Source: an uncultured bacterium
Lineage (GTDB): Bacteria > Zixibacteria > MSB-5A5 > CAIYYT01
Reading direction: 5' to 3'
DNA: 64,000 nt
Assembly: GCA_963726455.1 (NCBI GenBank)
Contig: CAVSCK010000004.1
Span: 1,056,001 to 1,120,000 of the forward strand
Shown here: positions 13,413-22,583 of the stretch, piece by piece
Numbering within the stretch: position 1 is the first letter of the stretch
Layout of the letters: the number at the start of each line of letters is the position of its first letter
The notes under the pieces: generated by a model
The model's input: only the letters and a program-made list of their open reading frames with translations
Told to the model about the DNA's origin: nothing
The model's database searches: none
Made by a program: the position numbers and the translations under genes

Positions 13413-14794
13413 CTAGCCGGGGTTCTCCCGGTTGTTATCAATTCCGTACTTCTTGATCTTCTCGAATAGCGTCGTGTAATCGATCTTAAGAATTTCCGCC
13501 GTCTTGCGTTTGTTGCCGTGAGTCTGCGCGAGTATCCGCAGGATCATGCCGCGTTCGGCCTGTGCCTGGGCATATTGTCCCACTTCGCGCAGTCCGGCGC
13601 CCTCGCGCAAGGCGAATTTCTTCGGTACTGGGCAGACGAATCGCCAGATGCTCCGGCTTGATCTTCTTCCCTTCCGCCAGAATGATCGAGCGCTCGACCG
13701 TGTTTTCCAGTTCGCGGACATTGCCCGGCCAGTGGTAGCGTTCGAGAATGGCGATGGCCTCGCGCGACAGCGACTTCTCCCCCTTTTTCATACGGCGGGA
13801 GTATTTCTCGACAAAGTAATTGGCGAGCGGCACGATGTCGTCGCGGCGTTCACGCAACGGAGGAATATGAATCGGAAACACCGACAAACGATAGAAAAGA
13901 TCCTCACGGAACTTCTGTTTGCCGATGGCTTCCTGCAAGATTCTGATTGGTGGCGGCAATAATGCGGACATCCACCTCAATCGGTTTGTTGCCGCCAAGA
14001 CGCTCGAATGAGTGCTCCTGCAGCACGCGCAATAGTTTCGCCTGCAGCGAAAATTCGAGATCACCGATTTCGTCGAGAAAGACGGTGCCACCATCGGCGA
14101 TTTCGAACTTGCCCATCTTGCGGGCATGCGATGAAGTAAACGCACCCTTCTCGGAACCGAACAATTCGTTCTCCAGAAGTTCGCCCGGAATGGCGGCGCA
14201 GTTGATCGTGATATAGGGTTTATTCTTGCGCTGCGACAACGAGTGGATGGCATGCGCGAACAATTCTTTACCGGTACCCGATTCGCCGGTGAGCAGAACG
14301 GCGGTGTCTGAGGGCGATACCTTCTGCACCAGCCGCGAGACTTCCAGCATGTTTTCGCTGGCGCCGATGATCTCGGCGAAACCGAGCGACTGCGCAAGTT
14401 CTTCACGCAGCAGCATATTCTCCGCAACCAGCCGCTGGTTTTCCAGAGCGCGTTCGACCAGCATTTGCAGATGATTGATGTCGAACGGCTTCTGCAGGAA
14501 ATCGAAAGCCCCGCGTTTCATCGCCTCGACAGCATTCTCGATTGTGCCGTAGGCGGTCATGACGATCACGGCGGTATCGGGGTCATGTTCCTTCACCTGC
14601 GACAACACTTCCAGCCCCGAGATGTCGGGCATCTTAAGATCGGTCAGCACCACATCGAAATGCTTCTCTTTGCTCTTGGCGATACCAATATCACCCGAGC
14701 CCGCGGCATCAACATCGTATCCTTCCGAAGTCAATGACGCCGACAACATGTCGCGCATGCTGTCCTTGTCGTCGATAACCAAAATAGCCGGCAT
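13413..14794 (-). CDS. Sigma54-dependent response regulator (NtrC/AtoC family; two frameshifts)
   Basis: REC domain (VIDDKD, LTDLKMP), Walker A TGESGTGKE, ELFGSEKGAFT, FLDEIG, REDLFYRL, WPGNVREL, Fis-type HTH. Confidence 0.9.
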
Positions 14795-14938
14795 AATTCC
14801 TTTCGCTACGGTTGGCGACAGTTGAACTGCTCCCATTCTCTTGTATCGTCATCGGCGGCAAAAGCTAAAGGGGACGGGTCAGTTGTGAAAACTACCGAAA
14901 TCGAGGAAGAGCCGGAATATTGTTGCGTTCTGAAACAG

Positions 14939-15604
14939 TCAGGCGCGTTTGGCGGCCACGAGTTGTCTGAGGAAATTGTACCAATTGTCCAGGCCGGCGC
15001 CGGTACGGCAGGAAGTCTCGAAGATCGTCAAATTGCCGTTGATGCTGAGCGCATTGCGGCGGACCCGCGCCATGTCGAAATCGGACAGGCCGAGCAGGTC
15101 GGTCTTGTTGACCACCATCACGGAAGAGCGCCGAAACATTGACGGGTATTTGAGCGGTTTGTCGTCCCCCTCGGTGGCACTGATCAACACGACCTTCATG
15201 TCTTCGCCGAGATCGTAACCAGCCGGACAGACCAGATTGCCGACGTTTTCGATGAAGAGCAGATCGACAACATTGAGATCGATTTGCGATAGCGCCTGCG
15301 TGACCATGCGCGCATCGAGATGACACGCGCCGCCGGTCACGATCGGCCGCACCAGTTTGCCACCCGCGCGCGTCAAGCGGTTGGCGTCGTTTTCGGTTTG
15401 AACATCTCCCGCAATCAGAGCAAGGCGCATTTCGGAATTGAGAGCGATGATGGTCTTTTCGAGCAGACTGGTCTTACCAGAACCGGGAGAACTGACCAGA
15501 TTGAGCGCGACAATCTTGTGTGCCGAAAGCCGCTGTCGGATGTCAGACGCCAGACGGTCGTTTTCGGATAGGACCTTCTTCTCGATGGGAATGCGATCGA
15601 CCAT
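14939..15604 (-). CDS. hypB: Hydrogenase nickel incorporation GTPase
   Basis: SSPGSGKT, GGACHLDA, IENVGNLVCPA, EGDDKPLKYP, NKTD. Confidence 0.95.
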   Translation of the reverse strand: MVDRIPIEKKVLSENDRLASDIRQRLSAHKIVALNLVSSPGSGKTSLLEKTIIALNSEMRLALIAGDVQTENDANRLTRAGGKLVRPIVTGGACHLDARMVTQALSQIDLNVVDLLFIENVGNLVCPAGYDLGEDMKVVLISATEGDDKPLKYPSMFRRSSVMVVNKTDLLGLSDFDMARVRRNALSINGNLTIFETSCRTGAGLDNWYNFLRQLVAAKRA

Positions 15605-15610
15605 GCTTAT

Positions 15611-15639
15611 AGCATAGGCGAGATTTAAGGGAAAATCAA
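15611..15639 (-). promoter_or_regulatory. Sigma70-type promoter directly ahead of hypB (likely leaderless)
   Basis: TTGATT-N17-TATGCT, then 6 nt to the ATG; no SD. Confidence 0.45.
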
Positions 15640-15870
15640 GGGTGAAGTATCGCTTAATAATACGAACATTCAGTTTGGCATCGCGATGACAAGGTCAAAC
15701 AAAAAGAGGTTATCCGAAGAGTTCCTTATATTCAATTTCGAGATCGCGCCAGTTCACAATTTCGCGCTGGGAGATCGGTTGTGTCAACGGTTTGCGAAAT
15801 GACCGCGCGAAATCAAGAACCGGCGCAACAACGCGAATGTCACTTGTGGGACGGCTTCGGAATGTTCAAC

Positions 15871-16212
15871 CTACTCGGCTTCGATGAATGTGATATCCAG
15901 TTCCTGCCCTTGAATGACCTCATTGTCAGAGGATTCGCAGTTAGGACAGACGAAGATGAAATCATTCGCTTCGAAGGACAATCCGCACTTGCGGCAGGTG
16001 GCTTTGATCGGCACCGCTTCGATTTCCAGAGTGCTGCCGGCCAAAGTCGTGTCGGCGATGAGAGTATCGTAGCCAAAGCGCAACGCCTCGGCATCGACGT
16101 TGGCAAGCGCGCCGATCCGCAGGCCGATTCGCTTCAGAGACTTCAGCCCTCGTTGTTGCATTTCCCCGGTTACGGTTTCGATGATCGAGGAGGCGATTGA
16201 AAGTTCGTGCAT
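15871..16212 (-). CDS. hypA: Hydrogenase maturation nickel metallochaperone
   Basis: MHELSIA start; CRKC and CPNC zinc motifs; GQEL. Confidence 0.95.
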   Translation of the reverse strand: MHELSIASSIIETVTGEMQQRGLKSLKRIGLRIGALANVDAEALRFGYDTLIADTTLAGSTLEIEAVPIKATCRKCGLSFEANDFIFVCPNCESSDNEVIQGQELDITFIEAE

Positions 16213-16231
16213 ACCGCGCGTCTAAACAGAA

Positions 16232-17614
16232 CTACTTGTGAATGTGCTTGAGAAATTCCTCAACCTCAGGTACGCCGCCCTGTAAAATCAAGTATCCGTT
16301 GTAAGGTTCGCGCTCGGTGATGTCGCTGGAAATCGGAGTTAGCATCATCTCTTTGACCTTGTCCAGGTCATTGGTCTGTCCCATCACCCAGCCGAGCTTG
16401 ATATAGGCAACTTCCGGCAGCATGTTAGACAGCGGGATAATACCTTTCGACATCAGGTCGCGGCCGGTGTCGTACACGAACATGTGGACATAACCCCAGA
16501 GCGTCTGTACGGTCATGAACATGGCGACGCCACGGTCACGGGCGCGTTCGATAGCCGGATACAGTGGTTTGTTGACATGTCCGAGGCCGGTGCCGGCGAT
16601 AATGATTCCGCGATAGCCGTTGTCCACCAGTGAATCGATGATGTCGGGCTGCATGTTGGGATAGTAATAAACGATGGCCACCTTCTCTTCGAAGAAGGGA
16701 TAAACTTTCGCTTTGCGATCGGTGCGACGATGATTGTAGTCGGATTGCAGCGGCGAAATTTTCTGGCGGTTGACCATCGCGAGCGGGATATCCCCTATCG
16801 TGCGAAAAGTCGAACGATAGGAGGAATGCATTTTGCGCACACGTGTACCGCGATGCAGCAAGCCGTATTCGTCAGAAGTTGGCCCAAACATGCAAACCAT
16901 TACTTCCGCCAGATCGGACTCGGCGGCCGTTTTTGTGGCATGCATGAGATTGAGGGCGGCATCGGAGCTAGGCCGATCCGAGGAACGCTGCGAGCCGACC
17001 ATCACGATCGGCACCGGCGAATCCTGAACCATATAGGCCAGCGCCGCGGCGGTGTGATGCATGGTGTCGGTGCCGTGACCAATCACTATACCGTCGATTC
17101 CCTTTTCGATTTCGCGGCCGATGGCGATTGCCAATGTCTTGTATTGTTCCGGCCCCATGTTCTCGCTGAAGACGGCGAATAGTTTCTCAGTGGTAAGATT
17201 ACAGATGTCGGCCAACTCGGGAACGGCGCCGTAAAGTTCCCCGGGAGAAAACGCGGGAATCACCGCGCCGGTGCGATAATCAAGACGTGAAGCGATCGTT
17301 CCGCCGGTGCCGAGAAGTTTGACATACGGCCTGCCCTTGGTGATCGGAAATTCCTTTTCGGGGATCTTGTAGTGCGCCTCTTTGTAGCCGACTTCTTTCA
17401 TTGCGAGAATGGTGCTAATGGCTACGCCGACGTTGTAGCCGCTCTGGAGTTTAACGACGATATGTTGGTCGTCATCAAATTCGCTGCGAGGCAGCAGAAT
17501 GCCGCGAAAATCTCCGCGAGTCGTCTTGATTTCCGTATCGCCCCAGACGCGCATATTGAATTCTTTCAGCGTGTTCAGCGCCGCGCCCTTATAGCCCTTG
17601 AATATGTCAGCCAT
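16232..17614 (-). CDS. gatD: Glu-tRNA(Gln) amidotransferase subunit D
   Basis: N-terminal barrel (IVVKLQSGYNVG), asparaginase-type TGGTIASR, HGTDTM, GSQRSSDRPSSD, KMHSSYR. Confidence 0.92.
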   Translation of the reverse strand: MADIFKGYKGAALNTLKEFNMRVWGDTEIKTTRGDFRGILLPRSEFDDDQHIVVKLQSGYNVGVAISTILAMKEVGYKEAHYKIPEKEFPITKGRPYVKLLGTGGTIASRLDYRTGAVIPAFSPGELYGAVPELADICNLTTEKLFAVFSENMGPEQYKTLAIAIGREIEKGIDGIVIGHGTDTMHHTAAALAYMVQDSPVPIVMVGSQRSSDRPSSDAALNLMHATKTAAESDLAEVMVCMFGPTSDEYGLLHRGTRVRKMHSSYRSTFRTIGDIPLAMVNRQKISPLQSDYNHRRTDRKAKVYPFFEEKVAIVYYYPNMQPDIIDSLVDNGYRGIIIAGTGLGHVNKPLYPAIERARDRGVAMFMTVQTLWGYVHMFVYDTGRDLMSKGIIPLSNMLPEVAYIKLGWVMGQTNDLDKVKEMMLTPISSDITEREPYNGYLILQGGVPEVEEFLKHIHK

Positions 17615-19589
17615 TAGCCACCTCTTTCACGACCTGATCGTACAATTCCTTAAGCGGCACGTTCCCGAGAGCGCGTTTGCGCAGATGCCCCATAATCCAG
17701 TCGACTTCCGCCTCCGGCCTGGTTGTTCTTCTGATCTCACGGAACTTGCGTCGGAAGGCAGAAGCGTACGACATGACCTCCGCTATTGAGAAGCGCCGGT
17801 AGTCGAGAGTTATCAGGACGGATTCAAAAGCCATGTTGGGATGTTGGTAGATAACCGGCAGCATGTCCTTCAGAATTTCGCGCTCCAAATTGCGCTCTTT
17901 GGCGAACAAGAACATGCCATAGATTTTTTTGTAGGTGAAGCCGGCCGCCGGGGGAAATTTGCCTTCAATGCGTTTGAGATGCTGCGCAAAGAGTGCGGCA
18001 GCAAAACGCGGTTCCTGACTGCATTCCAGCACGATACGCTCGATCATGCCGACCAGGTTGCGCCGCAGCAGGTAGGCGAATTGATCGACCGGGACATTCC
18101 ATTCTTTCAACTGACGGAAACGGTCGGAGATGTCCAACGGCAAATCCTTTTTCTTAGCTTCGATCAGGGATTCGGGAATCGGAATCGGCGCCGAATCGGT
18201 GTCGGGATACATGCGATCGGGACCGGGCAGCACACGTTCAAAAATAGTTGTGCCGTCCGGAAGGCCTTTGCGCGTTTCGTTGGGGACTCCGACCATGGCA
18301 AGTCGGCAGCGCTCTTCGATAGTCTCGATTGCCGTCTTGATGTCTTCGGCTGGTCCCCAGATGATCAATTGCGCGTCGTTTTCCTGCGAATTCAGAAGTC
18401 TTCTAATGATCTTAAATTCGGCGTCACCGAGAACGGGTTGTAACTCTTCCGAGTGAATCAAGTTCGGCCTTTCAAGGCAGGCGATAACCTTGACGCGTTC
18501 GCTGAGTTCGTCGGCGAACATCCTGCCGGGCTGCGTGAAGAATGACAAAATTCCTTTGAACTGCGGCAGATTCATCGCTACCAAACCTGAACCGTCCGTT
18601 CTGGCCAAACTCAGAGGCAGGTATTCGGAAAATAGCAGGTCGAAGTCAATTTCCTTATGGGTCGGCCGCCACTCGCGCGCATCAGGAATACGTTCGATGA
18701 GCCGCTTGCGGATTTCCAGCAGCGCCCACTGGCGGAAGGCCTCGTTGTGGACTAACTCGGGAATCCAGCGAATGTGAGCGACGCCCTTGATTTCCACGCG
18801 GCTGCCGCCGGTGACGCTGACATTGACGTCCTCACGCGCAGCGCCGATACCGGTGCGGACTTTACCCGAGCTGCGAGCTAAGAACCGCAAGTAGTTGGCG
18901 GCTTCAGCAACTTCATCCGGGGTTTTCATGTCGGGATAAGTTACGGTTTCGATCAACGGCATGCCGAGTCGGTCGGTGGTGTAAACTCGCCAGTGCCCCT
19001 GATCCGAGACTTCCCGGCAGGCGTCTTCCTCGACACTCAACTGGATGATCCGGACTTCCTTGTTCCGGAGCGGTATCTTGCCCTCGATGGCGACGATGCC
19101 GGTTCGTTGAAAGCCGGTGGGGATACTGCCGTCCAGGTACTGCTTGCGCGTGATGTGAAACTCGCCGACAATGCTCATCTTGAGCAACAACGCCACTTCG
19201 ATGGCAATGTCGAGCGCCTCGCGGTTGACCGGAAACGGCGGCGTGTCATCGTAGTCGTAGGTGCAGGCGGTTTCCTTCTTGATGCGATAAATCACGTTCT
19301 TGCGGGTCTTGAATTCCATCAGCGCCGTACCGTCGTACTCACCCAACTCCGAGAGGGTCGGTCGCATGTGGCGGACGACTTCCTGGTCGAAATCGGTGCC
19401 TTCCTGGTAAACACCGGCCGGGCAATGGCAGAACAACTTCTTGGCCGTTCGCAGTTGCTGATGTATTTCCAGTCCGCATTTGAACCCCAGGTGGTTATAG
19501 ATTTCCGGCGAGGCATCCTTGCGTGCGACGTAGCCGACAACCTGACGGGATGAGTCATAATTATTGGTGGGATCAAGTATTTGCTTCAT
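17607..19589 (-). CDS. gatE: Glu-tRNA(Gln) amidotransferase subunit E
   Basis: GLEIHQQL, KKLFCHC, RPTLSELGEYD, RKQYLDGSIPTGFQRT, DRLGMPLIE, GAD-like insertion, GVPNETR, RMYPDTD; overlaps gatD by 8 nt. Confidence 0.92.
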   Translation of the reverse strand: MKQILDPTNNYDSSRQVVGYVARKDASPEIYNHLGFKCGLEIHQQLRTAKKLFCHCPAGVYQEGTDFDQEVVRHMRPTLSELGEYDGTALMEFKTRKNVIYRIKKETACTYDYDDTPPFPVNREALDIAIEVALLLKMSIVGEFHITRKQYLDGSIPTGFQRTGIVAIEGKIPLRNKEVRIIQLSVEEDACREVSDQGHWRVYTTDRLGMPLIETVTYPDMKTPDEVAEAANYLRFLARSSGKVRTGIGAAREDVNVSVTGGSRVEIKGVAHIRWIPELVHNEAFRQWALLEIRKRLIERIPDAREWRPTHKEIDFDLLFSEYLPLSLARTDGSGLVAMNLPQFKGILSFFTQPGRMFADELSERVKVIACLERPNLIHSEELQPVLGDAEFKIIRRLLNSQENDAQLIIWGPAEDIKTAIETIEERCRLAMVGVPNETRKGLPDGTTIFERVLPGPDRMYPDTDSAPIPIPESLIEAKKKDLPLDISDRFRQLKEWNVPVDQFAYLLRRNLVGMIERIVLECSQEPRFAAALFAQHLKRIEGKFPPAAGFTYKKIYGMFLFAKERNLEREILKDMLPVIYQHPNMAFESVLITLDYRRFSIAEVMSYASAFRRKFREIRRTTRPEAEVDWIMGHLRKRALGNVPLKELYDQVVKEVANG

Positions 19590-20028
19590 GGGCTGCTGTC
19601 AACTCCAGTAATCGGTTCCATGTCATCCGCAGCCGAAGCTTGCGGAAACGCAAATTAGGCGAAGCCATGCAGGCATTCAAGAAGATTCGACGACTTCCCG
19701 GAAAAATAGTCATGCAGCGGAGGTACTAAGCATACTGACTTAATCTGCAATTCCCCGGCCATTGTGTTGCCGCGATTTGAGACCGTTGATACTAACTGAG
19801 ATGGGGCAAACTTTGATTGGGTCAAAAATACGATGGCAAACTCTAAATAGGCCTTGACATTAGCAGAAACCTACGCTTAATTATCAATACGGTTGAGCAC
19901 CAACCTTTCAAACCGTTTTAACTTTCAGGTACTTTTCTTGAATTAGAGTAACTCACGATAATTGCAGGTAATGTAGCGCAATTGTGTAAATGGATTTTGT
20001 AACACAAACCTTATCGGAGGAGGGAACA

Positions 20029-22305
20029 ATGAGGAACATCCGTCAGGCAGTTCTGTTGTTGTCAGTCTTTTTGCTGATAGGCGGGGCAGTGTTCGCTCAG
20101 GACCCGGGTATTCCGGACACAGTTCGGCTCGCCCATGTTTCCACGAATGCCGGCCAACGCGTGGGCGTACCGGTCTACGTCATTAACGATGAAGATCTGG
20201 GCGGATATTCGCTCGGATTTATCTGGAACACGGGGGACATCAGCGTCGATTCCGTGTCGTACATTGGGACGCGTCTGTCACCCGATGTAAACAAGATGAA
20301 GACGATTAATAATCCGGCACACCGGATCCTGGTCGGCATGGCGGATTTTACGGCCGGCAATCCACTGACGCCCGGTAACGGCCTGGTATTTACGATGTGG
20401 TTCACTGTAGGCGTCGGGGTACCGGATCAGTTCGTGGACATCGATACGTCATTTTTCCCGCCGGCCGGAAAAGTGGTATTGTCTGCCACCAGCGGGGCCA
20501 GTATCACGCCCCAATATTCGATGGGACAAATCAAAATCGGCAATCCGCAACCACCGCCGGTGATCGTGTTGAGCGGAAGTCTCTTCACTTTTGACGCTCT
20601 GGTTGGTGGCGGTAATCCGACCTCGCAAGTTCAGCAAATAATCAACGGCGGTGGACAGAGTCTTAACTGGACGGCAACCAAGAATACCAGTTGGTTGAAT
20701 CTGTCGCCGATGTTCGGGACGGCACCTTCCGTAATGGTGGTAGCCGTCAACACAACGGGACTAGGAGGCGGTGTATACGTCGACACTGTGACGATTTCTG
20801 CGACGGGGGCGACAAATACTCCGCAGAAGTTCGCTGTGCAACTGACGATGACAATTCCGCCGCCAACGATAAAGCTTACACCGACGCAATTCAGTTTTGC
20901 GGCGCAACAGAATTCGACGAATCCGCCGGGGCAAAATCTGAACATTGCCAATATCGGCCAGGGCGTGCTCAACTGGACTGCGACGAAGAATGCGTCCTGG
21001 TTGACACTGTCGGGCTACAGCGGCACAGCGCCGTCCAATGTTACGGTCACGGTAGACAATACCGGACTGGTCGCAGGAGTATATGTCGATTCGATCGCGA
21101 TTGCCGATCCGACGGCCACCAATAGCCCGCAATATGCGCGCGTGACTTTCGAAGTGTTCTCAGAGTTCCCGGTGATATTGCCTGATCCGGACTCAATCTT
21201 TGCCGTCGGCAGCGACACCCAGAACCCCTATCCGCACATTTTGCTGATTAGGAACAACGGCAGCGGTGTGATGAATTGGCATGTCTCCAAAAAGTCAAGC
21301 TGGATGAGTTTCGACAAGGATTCCGGCTCGGCGACGCAGGCCGAACCGGGGGTGCTGACGCTCAATTTCGATCGCACACAGGTCTACTTCGGCCAGAGTC
21401 GCGATACGATCGTGATTACGTCGACCAACGCGATCAACTCGCCGCAGCGGGTTCCGGTTATATTCTGGAAAGCGGAAGTTCCGCAACAGCTCAATGTCAG
21501 CACTCATGCTCTCACCTTCTGGGAGTTCGAGTGCGGTAGCTATCCGGGCGTACAACCGCAAACTTTCAATGTTACGCCCAGCACGATATCGCCACCTTTG
21601 GCGTGGCATTCCACCCACAACGCAAGTTGGCTCACGGTGACTCCAACATCTGCCCCTAACGCCGCGGCGGTGACAGTGCGCGTGTCGGTGGCCGGGCTTA
21701 CACCGGGAGTTTACACCGATACGATAACGATTACATCGGCAGTGGTGATCAACCCACCGGAGAAAGTCGTCGTGACCTTCAATGTGAATCCGACTCCGGG
21801 GATAAAGAACCTGGCACTGACGCGCGATTCGCTGCTCTTTATTTACAAGTACACTCAAGTCGGATCGGCGGAGCAGGACGTAACGGTCTACAACTTCGCC
21901 GGCGGCTGTATCGACTGGCAAGCCACCGCGAATGTGCCGTGGGTGGAGGCGGTACCAAACTCGGGCACCACTACCGAGACAATTGTGGTTCGCGCCAACT
22001 CGGTTGGTGTGCCGTTGGGAAGGCATGAAGGCAAACTTATCTTCACTTCCAGCGTTGCCGCCAATTCACCAAAGAATCTGCCGGTTGTCCTCTGGATCTA
22101 CACGTTCGGGGATGCCAACGGCGACGGCTACATCGACATCAGCGACGTGGTCTACATCATGCAGTACATATTCTATGACGGTCCGGCGCCGGTTCCAGTG
22201 TTCTGGTCGGGAGATGTGGACTGCTCCAGAACGATTGACATAAGTGATTGCGTCTACCTTATTAACTACATTTTCGACCAAGGTGCACCGCCTTGTCTCT
22301 GGTAG
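20029..22305 (+). CDS. Secreted scaffoldin-like protein: cohesin-like domain, about 5 BACON-like repeats, dockerin
   Basis: SD GGAGG; signal peptide ending AVFA; cohesin-like N-domain (GQRVGVPVYV...LTPGNGLVFTMWFTV); repeats LNWTATKNxSWL...GVYVDTVTI; C-terminal GDANGDGYIDISD...GDVDCSRTIDISD. Confidence 0.75.
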   Translation: MRNIRQAVLLLSVFLLIGGAVFAQDPGIPDTVRLAHVSTNAGQRVGVPVYVINDEDLGGYSLGFIWNTGDISVDSVSYIGTRLSPDVNKMKTINNPAHRILVGMADFTAGNPLTPGNGLVFTMWFTVGVGVPDQFVDIDTSFFPPAGKVVLSATSGASITPQYSMGQIKIGNPQPPPVIVLSGSLFTFDALVGGGNPTSQVQQIINGGGQSLNWTATKNTSWLNLSPMFGTAPSVMVVAVNTTGLGGGVYVDTVTISATGATNTPQKFAVQLTMTIPPPTIKLTPTQFSFAAQQNSTNPPGQNLNIANIGQGVLNWTATKNASWLTLSGYSGTAPSNVTVTVDNTGLVAGVYVDSIAIADPTATNSPQYARVTFEVFSEFPVILPDPDSIFAVGSDTQNPYPHILLIRNNGSGVMNWHVSKKSSWMSFDKDSGSATQAEPGVLTLNFDRTQVYFGQSRDTIVITSTNAINSPQRVPVIFWKAEVPQQLNVSTHALTFWEFECGSYPGVQPQTFNVTPSTISPPLAWHSTHNASWLTVTPTSAPNAAAVTVRVSVAGLTPGVYTDTITITSAVVINPPEKVVVTFNVNPTPGIKNLALTRDSLLFIYKYTQVGSAEQDVTVYNFAGGCIDWQATANVPWVEAVPNSGTTTETIVVRANSVGVPLGRHEGKLIFTSSVAANSPKNLPVVLWIYTFGDANGDGYIDISDVVYIMQYIFYDGPAPVPVFWSGDVDCSRTIDISDCVYLINYIFDQGAPPCLW

Positions 22306-22329
22306 CAACAATACGCTCATGATCTTCGC

Positions 22330-22364
22330 AAGGGATCGCGCTACGGCGCGATCCCTTCTTTTTT
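22330..22364 (+). terminator. Rho-independent terminator
   Basis: aagggatcgcgc-tacg-gcgcgatccctt followed by cttttttt-like U tract. Confidence 0.85.
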
Positions 22365-22394
22365 GAAGGGGCGTCTGGGCATCACTCGAGCGGC

Positions 22395-22422
22395 TTGACT
22401 ATTTCGCGAAAGTCGTTATATT
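22395..22422 (+). promoter_or_regulatory. Sigma70-type promoter for the M1 peptidase gene
   Basis: TTGACT-N16-TATATT. Confidence 0.45.
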
Positions 22423-22583
22423 GCTTTGACAAGCGGAACTGAACGGTGTCCGCTACTGGTCTGATCTTGATACTTCTAACGCCTTGCAGCGTACGAGATA
22501 GTGACAATACGTACCATTCCAGTCAGGCCGTCAGGCCCTTTCGACTTCCTTCCCGAAGAACCGAGCATCTATAGGAGGAACGT

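Noticed and set aside
19801-19850. GGCAAAC resembling the start of a c-di-GMP-I riboswitch
   Set aside because: No GAAA tetraloop stem or GACGCAAAG element follows, and it lies upstream of the predicted promoter
20560-22090. Repeats as CRISPR or diversity-generating retroelement
   Set aside because: Diverged protein-level BACON-like repeats; no identical DNA repeat-spacer pattern, no RT or cas genes
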